Assembly (NCBI GenBank): GCA_951406725.2
Contig: OX597826.1
Span: 47,120,001-47,184,000, forward strand
Direction: 5' to 3'
Source: Octopus vulgaris
Taxonomy: Eukaryota
Length of the DNA: 64,000 nt
Made by a program: the position numbers and the translations under genes
The notes under the pieces: model-generated
Told to the model about the DNA's origin: nothing
The model's database searches: none
What the model saw: the letters and a program-made list of their open reading frames with translations, nothing else
In this document: positions 54,480 through 64,000 of the stretch, piece by piece
How positions within the stretch are numbered: position 1 is the first letter of the stretch
Layout of the letters: every line of letters begins with the position of its first letter

Positions 54480-55202
54480 TATGTTTGACTTTTGCTTTAT
54501 GTCTGTACAAGTAGGCTCCAAGTCTCACCCAGAGACCTCAAGAGACAACAGGTTGGAAGTTCTGTGCCATATATTTGGGGGGTTTTTTGTGTTGTACTAG
54601 TGAATGTCTAATACATAAAAATAAAAATTAAAAATTAAAAAAAAAAAAATAAAATAAAATAAAATAAAATAAATAAATAAAAACAAAATTGTTTTAAACC
54701 TTAGGATTACATACTGAGAGTATTTTGCGTAGGATATGAACAGTTCCCATGAGCACTATCTTTTGAATTTCTGCCATTTTGGGGTTTCCTGATATCTGAG
54801 TTAGGTAGCAATTAGTCCCTTTCGTTATCATTCCCAGGGCACCTATGACAACAGGTATTGTTTTAGTCTTCAGCTTCCACATTTTGCTGATTTCTATTTC
54901 AAGATCTTTATATTTGCTCAGTTTTTGGTAGGTCTTGACAGATACGTTTATATCGATTGGGACAGTCATATCAATGAGGAGGCATGTTCTTTGTCTGAAG
55001 TCTTTCAATATGATGTCTGGCCTATTTGCATCTATCTTCCTGTCAGTTTGAATGGTGAAGTTCAAGAGGAGTGAGATGTGGTCATTTTCAAGCACTGGAG
55101 GTGGATTGTGTTCCCACCAGTTTTTTTCATGGGGCAAATCCAGGTTTTGCAAATTACCCAGTGAATATATTGTGCAGCTCTATCATGCCTGTTGAGGTAC
55201 TC

Positions 55203-55203
<1 letters not shown>
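54479..55203 (-). mobile_element. R4/Dong-like family A, 3' fragment in inverted orientation
   Basis: EYLNRHDRAAQYIHWVICK, then a frameshift, then LDLPHEKNWWEH...GTVHILRKILS; same 3' UTR end as 53776. (TAA)n on the sense strand at both ends. Confidence 0.92.
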
Positions 55204-55261
<58 letters not shown>

Positions 55262-55952
55262 TAGAAAGAAATCGAAAGAGTATACTTCTTGTGATGGGTA
55301 ACTGACACACTGAGCAGGTATGGAAAATATATCAATACGAGAGATATAAGAGAGAAATAAATTCTAACCATAATGTTCATTTAAAATAACGAATATATTA
55401 CATTCTATTATTGAGCCTGCTTAAACTTCCAGTAAGATTAAGCAAAGAATTACAAACGGTTCCTATAAGAAATCTACTTGAAGTATAAAGGCGTGGGTAC
55501 ATCCAAAACACGTATACAAGGAGACATTAGGAAATATGTATTAAGCTCAATCCGGAAATAAACATAGAAATGCATGAAATCAGAGACTTTTCATCTGGTC
55601 TATATTAAAAAGGAAAATGCGGTTTTCAAATCTGATGCTGAAATCTATGTAAAGTATAGTGTTAATAGAATAAAATAAATCATACCATCAGATGTTTTCT
55701 GCAAACCACCGTTTGTACTGAAAGTATATATTTCAAACGGTCGAATTAGCCAGAGAAAAGGAAATCTCAGACCTAAAGAGAAACAGGACATATTTCTATA
55801 TAATGGTCCTTATACACGGGTGAAGAAAAAGTGACTACATAAATCAAGTATATTTTATGAAGTACAAGGGGGAAAATAATTATATTTTGCTTACAAAGCC
55901 CTTTTAGTAGAGAAGGAAACAATTATACTTTTGAGATAAACAATTAACAATT

Positions 55953-56171
55953 TAGGGCGTGTGATTAAGAAAGCGGGCTTTGCAACCATGTGATTCCGGG
56001 GTCAGTCCCACTGTGCGTTACAGCAGGTATGTGTCATCTACTATAACCCCGAGCTGACCGATGCTCTGCGAGTGAATTTGGTACGGGGAAATTGTGAGGA
56101 AGTCCGTCATATATAAAGAGTTACTTGAAACTCTGAGTAACTGTTTAAGATTTTCGGCTTTAAAAAACTCG

Positions 56172-56202
<31 letters not shown>

Positions 56203-56288
56203 TATACATACATAGAGATTAATATATATTTATATACACACACTCCCGCGCACACACACATAGATAAACATACACATATACATACATA

Positions 56289-56381
<93 letters not shown>

Positions 56382-56600
56382 CAAACATACACACATTCAC
56401 GCAAATATGTATATGTTTGCCTTTGTGTTTGTGCCCAATCACCACTTGACAAAATGTGTGGGTTAGCGGTTCGCCAAAAGTGAAGGATCTAATAAGTACT
56501 AGATTTTAAAATAAGTAGCATGGGTTGATTTGTTCAACTAAAGTCTTGAAGGTGATGACACGTCATCGCCACTGTTCAGTGATTGAAACAAACGAGCAAA
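55953..56600 (+). mobile_element. SINE family C with an expanded internal microsatellite
   Basis: Head ...gcaaccatgtgattccggggtcagtcccactgtgcg...tcatctactataaccccgagctgaccg; about 250 bp of TA/CA repeats; 3' half ttagcggttcgccaaaag...cagtgattgaaacaa. Confidence 0.75.
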
Positions 56601-56860
56601 GAGAAACATTTATAAAATAGAAAGAAAGCATTACACTTTAGGGTCAAAGAATTGCAATATAAAGAGAAACAATTGGATATATAATAGACATTTGTAATTA
56701 TAATACAAAGACAATTACAATATAGCAACTGAGAATTACAATACAGAGAAAGACAATTGCAATTTAGAGTCAAACAATTGCAAAAGAGAGGGAGTGAGAG
56801 AATAATAAAATTGCGAAAAACAATTACAATAGAGAGGAAAATGAATTAGATTTTAGATCA
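56600..56860 (+). repeat. Degenerate 21-bp-period minisatellite
   Basis: Units such as gaattgcaatataaagagaaa, gaattacaatacagagaaaga and caattgcaatttagagtcaaa. Confidence 0.65.
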
Positions 56861-57734
56861 AAACGAAAAGAAGAAAATGGTTAAGCGCAAAATAAAGAAT
56901 ATAAAGCAAGCCGTATAAAAGCTGTAAAGTCAACAGAGGATAAACACTTCAAATATATCAAGATCAACAATGTCACAGGTAAATAGTTATGAAGACAATC
57001 TAGATAAAGGCGTTCTGAGGAAAACCTAATCCAGACAAACAACAGGAGATAACAAAAAATATATATTATATATCAAAACGGTGTGTGTATGTGTGTGTGT
57101 GTGTGTGTTTGTTTTGATAAGTAGATTAACGATGGCCAATAAAAAAGAATAAAAGAATAACTAAACCTAACGTCTACATATCAGTCAACAAAACAAGACA
57201 TGACAGAAATGGAGGAACAATAGAATAGAGCTAAACAATCTAACAGAGTTAAGATGCAAAGACTTTGAAGCTATTCCAGTAAAAAAAGAAATGTTTAAAT
57301 ATGAGCTGATATAAAAGAAGACATCAAGAAAGCTCTGTGGATATTAGAATTCAAAGGTAAAAGTAATAATATTCTAAGTGCAAATTTGAGCATCGAAAAT
57401 AGAAATAGATTTCACTCGCGAACGGAATCGGCGAAGGAAATTGAGAGGCAATTGCTCGATCTGTTAACAATATTAGTCCATTATTTTTTTTATTTTTCGA
57501 ATCGCACTCCATTATCTTCGACGAGGAAACATGAAACAATGACTTCTGCCCCATTGCTCAAATGCCAGAAATAGCAGCTAAATTTCATTTAAATCCTATC
57601 AATTGTTATTAATAAAGAATAGTTTGATGTGCTTGGAGGTATCGGGGATCAAGTAGCTCCGTGCCAAAATCTGTAGATTTATGATTGTCTTTGATGAATA
57701 GTACAACCGTGTTTTATCTTTCTCGCGACCATCT

Positions 57735-57781
57735 ACCAGTTGGGGGGTGGGCAAACACAGTCACACAAACATATACGCACA

Positions 57782-57821
<40 letters not shown>

Positions 57822-57982
57822 TACGACCGGCTTCTTTTAATGTCCGTCTACCAAATCCACCCACAAGGCTTTGGTCGGCCCGAGGCTATAGTAGAAGACC
57901 CTTGGCCAAGGTGCCATGCAGTGGGACTGAACTCGGAACCATGTGGTTCGTAAGCAAGCTACTTACCACACAGTCACTCCTG
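57735..57982 (-). mobile_element. SINE family C, 5' two-thirds
   Basis: cgtctaccaaatccacccacaaggctttggtcggcccgaggctatagtagaagac...gggactgaactcggaaccatgtggttcgtaagcaagctacttaccacacagtcactcctg. Confidence 0.88.
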
Positions 57983-59035
57983 GAAACAGATTTATGTATT
58001 CTTACATACACTTAGACATAGAGCAAGGTCGCGGCTGCAGTGCATTAAATAACAACGGCGAAATCGTAGTTAAATGAGATCCCACGATGTAGGTAAAATA
58101 CCTTAACTGTCTTAGAATGGTTTTAAAAATAAACATAAATCAATTCCATGACATTGAAACACTGTTCTCAAATGTGTGTACATATAATGTCATTAAGAAG
58201 TTTCTAACGCATCACCGTGCCTGCGTTCGGCCCGCCTGCACAGTACATTAAGAGTGCATCTTTTACAATAGCCTCTGATTGATCAAGTACCTGTAAGTGG
58301 TGTTGGGTAGCTGAAAACTTCAGAAGTCTGTCACACATTTCCACACACGTGGTGGATGGAGAAAAGGTTGTTGGAGTTAAGGCTATTAGGCATGAATCGG
58401 CTGGAGCGTTGTGTCCGAGCAATCTGCGTGGTCAAAGTAGAAAGTCTGTGACAAAGAATTTATAACTGTCTGCAAATTAGGTACCTTTAACTATTAGTAT
58501 ACATGTGTGTTTGCGTGTACTTTTGCGTATACGTATTTTTCGGGTTATATCGACGAAGAAACGAAAAAGTAACGCAGTTTCAAATAAAATTTCTTGGGCT
58601 ATTTGTTTTGCATCTGTTAGACACTCCGTCTCACCATAAAAAAAATATAATGACCCAATTGATAAGCCTACTGGAAACTAGTAAGCAACAACACTATAGT
58701 TATCAAATGCCGTTATAAAAGGAATAAGAAAGAAAGAAAGAAAGAAGGAAAGAAAGAAAGAAAAAAGAACGAAAGAAACCTTCAGATTAAAGATCAAGAG
58801 CCAACCGAAATTTTCCACTTAAATCTCTATCAATAAATCATATTTAGCACATAAATACTTGCTTTCATTAATAGATTCTTTAAATATATATCTGGAACGA
58901 AACAGTATCTTTCCAAATAGAAGAGTGTAATAGAAACAGCATAAGAATAAAATAATGGCGAGTGAACATAAATGAAAAAATAGTGATTACTCTGAACTCT
59001 AAGGTGGAAAATAGCTGAGTAAATATTTATTACCC

Positions 59036-59082
<47 letters not shown>

Positions 59083-59701
59083 GAAGGCACCGCGTCTCAT
59101 TGTGTCCATAACTTTTTTTTCCTTAAATGAGAAGTTTTATTACTTACTTATGCCTGCCACGAGCCCTACGAGTCCCGAGGCGCAAATTTAGGCAGCTTTC
59201 CATGGTAATGTCAATCACTGAGAATACAATAGGCCCATGCCCTCAGAAAGGGACGCTGTTCCACCGCAGGGTAAATTTTCCAGTTGTTTCTGACTTATTT
59301 GCAGGTGAATGTCCTGTAGCAATATGAAGTGAAGTGTTTTGCTCAAAATTGCGGCGTATTCTTGGAATCGAAACCACAATCGAAAGATCCTGAGTCCCCG
59401 ATTGTTGGATCCTGAATGCATGATCGGCACCGACACGTCACGGGCTTTCACTTAGTGTAATTGTCTACGAATTCTTAATGAAACTTTTCCTGTTTTCCTA
59501 CTTCCCCATAAGATGGTTTTGCTTAGTCTTATGAGAACTCATTTACTGGCTTACGCTGTGGACTGCGGGTTCAGTTTAATATCTGTCGGTACAGAAATGT
59601 GTTTAAATGCTTAGAGCTGAAATTTCTTTGAATAGAGGCATGATGACAAAATTTCATTCCTGATGTTCAAGTTCTTTAAATATTTTAATCGCAAATATAT
59701 C

Positions 59702-59912
59702 GGTTTGAAGTTTTGTCACAAGGCTAGCAAGTACAGTGGAGGGTGTAAGACGATTACATTGACCCCGGGGCTCAACTGGTACTTATTTTATCGACCCCGA
59801 AAGGACGAAAGGCAAAGCTGACTCCGGTGGAATTTGAACTGAGAACGTAAAGACGGACGAAATACCGTCAATCATTTCGATCGGCATGCTAACGATTCTG
59901 CCATCTCACCGC
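59702..59912 (-). mobile_element. SINE family B, full length
   Basis: ggtttgaagttttgtcacaaggctagcaa...gattacattgacccc...ctggtacttattttatcgaccccgaaaggacgaaaggcaaag...aacgattctgccatctcaccgc. Confidence 0.85.
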
Positions 59913-60574
59913 TTTTTTAGTAGCAAATGTATTAGCAATGGCTGCTCAAGACAGATGTTGAATAATTTGCCAAATCTACTTCCCAAGAAAGAAAAATGGT
60001 ATACATTGTGAAATTAGTGAATTAGAAAGGCGGTGACATATCTGCTTATGATAATGGACAGCTCAGTTCACACAGTAACAACAAGAATGAAAATTAGATT
60101 GATTAGCCTTGTATGTTGAACAGAATGAAATGTTTCGTACAAAAATAGTAGACGTTTATATGTTAACCGTGCTTTTGGTGAGTTACAGCGATAATGTAAT
60201 CAATATCTAAAATGAATGACAACATTTACAATGTGACATAGACATTGACAGATTAGATTTATTATAGACAGACAATGGGTGATGACTTTTACAGTTAAGA
60301 AACTGCATAATATCGTTCTGTTAAAACTTATGTGAATACATAACAGAGGTCAGGGAGAAAATAGCAAAAGCTAAATAGCATAAGAAACATGAAAAAAGAG
60401 TTCCAGCGATGTTTTTATTAATATTATTTTTATGTATATTTTTTTTGGCTTTAAGGAAACAGAGACATAACGTCACAGATTATATGTAGATGTAGAAGAG
60501 CAATGATACGTGGTGAGGAATAATACAATATTAGTCAGAAAATAAAGTGCAATTTTTTGATATTGGGATACACG

Positions 60575-61150
60575 TAGGCGTGGCTGAGTTATAAGAAGTT
60601 ATGCAAATGTCTTCTATTATAGTTCTTATTTCTTGATTGCCCACAAGGAGCTAAACATAGAGGGGACAAACAAGGACAGACAAACGGATTAAGTCGATTA
60701 TATCGAACCCAGTGCGTAACCGGTACTTAATTTATGGACCCCGAAAGGATGAAAGGCAAAGTCGACTTCGGCGGAATTTGAACTCAGAACGTAGCGGCAG
60801 AAGAAATATCTTTAAGCATTTCGCCCGGCGTGCTTACGATTCTGCCAGCTCGCCGCCTTATTCTATTATATGTCTTAGCCTACTAAAACATTCTGAGTAG
60901 ATTTGGTAGATGGAAACTGAAAGAAGCCCGTCGTGTATCCATGTATATATTTATGTGCTGGCTCTGTGCTTGTCCTCCACTACCGCTTGACAACCGGCGT
61001 TGATTTGTTTACATCCACAGTACTTAGAGCTTCGTCAAAAATAGAGCTTAGACGAAAAGTACAATTTGTTTGTCCAATCCCTTCAATGAGGTGTTCCAGC
61101 ATGGCCACAAACTGACAAGTGAAACAATTAAAAGTTACAAGAAAGATAAA
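60575..61150 (+). mobile_element. SINE family C interrupted by a SINE B insertion
   Basis: Head taggcgtggctg...gcaaatgtcttctattata resumes after 60870 with gatttggtagatggaaactgaaagaagcccgtcg; tail gaggtgttccagcatggccac...gaaacaattaaaag. Confidence 0.78.
60622..60860 (-). mobile_element. SINE family B (alternative tail) with 10-bp TSD
   Basis: TSD ttctattata at 60612-60621 and 60861-60870; minus-strand head TAAGGCGGCGAGCTGGCAGAATCG. Confidence 0.88.
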
Positions 61151-63964
61151 AGAACGTTGGAGCAATGTATACATCTTATTTCAGTGATGCTAACAATGTC
61201 TGATCATCTGACCTTATGAAAAGGCTGCTCGGTGTTTAGAGAGGCGAAAGACCTTAGATAGCGATTTGGAGAGGAACAGCTACAGTATTTGAACCAGAAA
61301 TAATTAGGGCTCAACCTAATAATGTTAAAACGTATCGTTCGTTATAGTATAATTGTTGAAGTGTTAGAGGGAGGGGCAATGAGAGGCACAGTAACAGAGA
61401 GAAAGAAAGAGGAAGAGGGAGATCGCGATAAAGCAGGGTGCTGTTGCAGCTGTTTAATCCTGATCCTTTAAATCTATGAACAAAGGCACTCCAATACTGA
61501 CCGTCTCGTGTTTTATAGGCCCTAGGACCATACTATTCAGCTCGCCCGTTAATGTACCAAAACCACACGGTAGTGTTTATAAGAGATTTTGTCCTTATTT
61601 CTAGCGATTCAAGTGACCAACAATGTAGATACTCGCTCTCTTAATCAAGATTTAGCAGACCTTCAGCGGTATTCCAACTGTGACAAACCTGTCTTGTCTC
61701 CTGGCAATGATTATTTAAAACTTGCAGTATTCAGTTTATGCTTCTATTATTCTAAGGTGTGACTTGAAAAAAGTTTGTCTGGTATTTTTAGCACATCGAG
61801 TGACTACCGTCTTGCTTCCTCGCTGGTTCGTAGAATTTGTTGTATGTATATGATGATAAACTTATAATTGCCGCAGTTATGAGAGTGAATACTCATGAAT
61901 CTTTATGGATGCAATACAGAGGTAATAAGGGTAACCAGAATGCTATTAGAATTTATAACTCAATAGAATTTGATAGGAAGTTCGGTAAAACGTGCTTATA
62001 AATGCAAAAATATTTTATCTTTGATATTGCGTTCTGACTGCGTATCGTTTGAGGAGGTATTTAAAATTTCTCTGCTAAAAGCATGTTGCAGCGTTGTGTT
62101 CCTTTGTGTGTTTCTTGCTGTACCCAGAGTATTTATAAACTTTTAACAACTATTTCTTTACTTATACCATCCGATGTGTGGCTGGAAAAAGTGGCATTTA
62201 TTTTAGTGTGATATCATACTGACTGCGAAATTACATTGGATATCGAGCTGAAATTGTTAACTATAATATATCTTGGGTGGGGAAATCGTAAAAATGTATA
62301 ATATTGTCGGTGAATATAGAAAAAAATATAAAGTTCTCATGTTGAATATGTTCCTAAATAGCTCGTCAGAAATAAACATAACAGATTGAATCAATTTACA
62401 CATTCGTTATTCATTGGAAGAGAGGTTTTAAAGAGAGGGTCAACCTGTCGCTATTATATTTGTTTGGATGTTTGATTTACGTTCATTTAAAATGTAAAGA
62501 TTATTTAATTTTTTATGTATTTTATTTTAAAACATCAATTTTATCGTTAAAATGGTTCACTTGTCTATTAGCCAGTCGATGTATTTGTTCCTTCTGGTGC
62601 TTATTTCATTTATTGTAAATGAGGAATGATTGATATCTGACTTAGTCCTAGAATGAATATTCACAGTTTATCTTTCAAAGCACGTCTGTTAATAAAAGCA
62701 AACGAAAAAGAAAACATAATACAAACGAAAACTGAAATAACGTTACATAAAAAATATATAATCACGATGAAAAGAAAACAAAGAAGCCGGCAAGCAATCT
62801 GTTATGATTGTGACAGCAAGACAATGCAGAAAAAGAAAACGTTTTGTTTCTTTTATCTTCCGTTTGTCGAAAGTTCCGTTCTCTTAACAAACGCTTCCTG
62901 TTCGTTGTTAAAACTCTATACGGGGTGGGTTTAGATTATCTGACCGTTTTTTCTTTTTTCTCTTTCTTCTGTAATTGAAATGTAAAATTGTTCAGGAAGG
63001 AAATAGAATCATAATAGATTTCTATCGTTTCATTTTGGGAAAAATTTGAAATATTTCTTATTTTCTCTTTTTTTCTTCCGTATATATTTTTTTTTCTTAA
63101 ATTTACAAGTAAGATAAAGAAAGATAAGCGATACATTTTGTTGTGAATCGGTTGAAATTTCAAGCCAAATAATTTGAGCCAACATTGAATAGAGATAAAT
63201 ATTAAACTAGTTGCTTTGGCTGTTCATGACGCCAAACAATGTTGTTTAATAAATCTCGATAAGATATCAGAAAGTGTAAATTGACAGTTGTTATTCTTTT
63301 TTCTCTTTTAAATGCTGATGTATTCTAAGAAAGCAACAGTGCTTTGATATCTATTTATAGAAGTCAATAATAGCAAAATGACATTGATATACTTTTAACA
63401 TTCTCAAGTCATTACTTCGACATGGCTTAATTGACAGATAGATGCAAAAATAAAATAAAATGAAATAAAATAGATTTTTAATTTTTTTTCTTTTTAAAAC
63501 ATTTAAGTGATTTCTTTAAAATGTCTTCGAGAATCCCTTACAAAACTCGTATGACATAATGCAATACTTTATTACCAAGCAAGCGTTATTGATGTTTATC
63601 CACAGCACGAGAGGCTGTGAAAAGGATACACTTTTGGTTAAATTGCAGTCATTGTTGACGTTTATCCACGGATCTAGGAGCCACATAGTGTACACTCCTT
63701 TGAGGAAATTACGCCGCTGTAGTTATGCCAATGAGGGAGAAATTATATTGTTCTATTCCTGTTAACGAATTAATGACACCTGATTTAATGCCACCACATA
63801 ACCTGCAACTGCTTTTGCGGACTCTTTTCAGCGTTATAATTACAGGGATCTATTCTAAGGTTCACTTTCTCCCTTCATTTCACCAATTTCTGGCGCTTTA
63901 TAAATTATCATGAAGGACATACAGCTTCATCACATGAAGCTGTTTAAAAAAGTAAATAATATAC

Positions 63965-64000
63965 TTGCAGACATGGCTGTGTGGTTAAGAAGCTCGATTT
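63965..64000 (+). mobile_element. Start of a SINE family C head at the window edge
   Basis: gcagacatggctgtgtggttaagaagc matches the family C A-box region. Confidence 0.55.

Overview
Eukaryotic, AT-rich, microsatellite-saturated genomic DNA with no recognisable host gene, rRNA, true tRNA or CRISPR array; it is probably intergenic or deep intronic. The repeat complement resembles that of octopod cephalopods (inference from recalled repeat families, not a database search). Nearly all ORFs in the track are translations of (TA)n, (CA)n, (TAGA)n or (TAA)n repeats. The real content is mobile DNA: (1) a 5'-truncated CR1/L2-group LINE with an uninterrupted RT frame (5975-7630), plus decayed relatives; (2) a nest of five R4/Dong-clade (RT plus restriction-like endonuclease) retroelement pieces in a (TAA)n/(TTA)n field at 50.8-55.3 kb, each oriented by the strand of the microsatellite; (3) three or more tRNA-type SINE families, one sharing its 3' stem-loop with the LINE; (4) Tc1/mariner remnants, a long-TIR MITE and Helentron/Helitron-type non-autonomous elements; (5) several short elements carrying hammerhead-ribozyme-like cores of the minimal Penelope type. 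An isolated kink-turn/box C/D-like hairpin at 31.35 kb and a 70-bp fold-back around a (CA)n loop at 35.5 kb also stand out. Coordinates were read by eye and repeat boundaries may be off by 10-30 bp.
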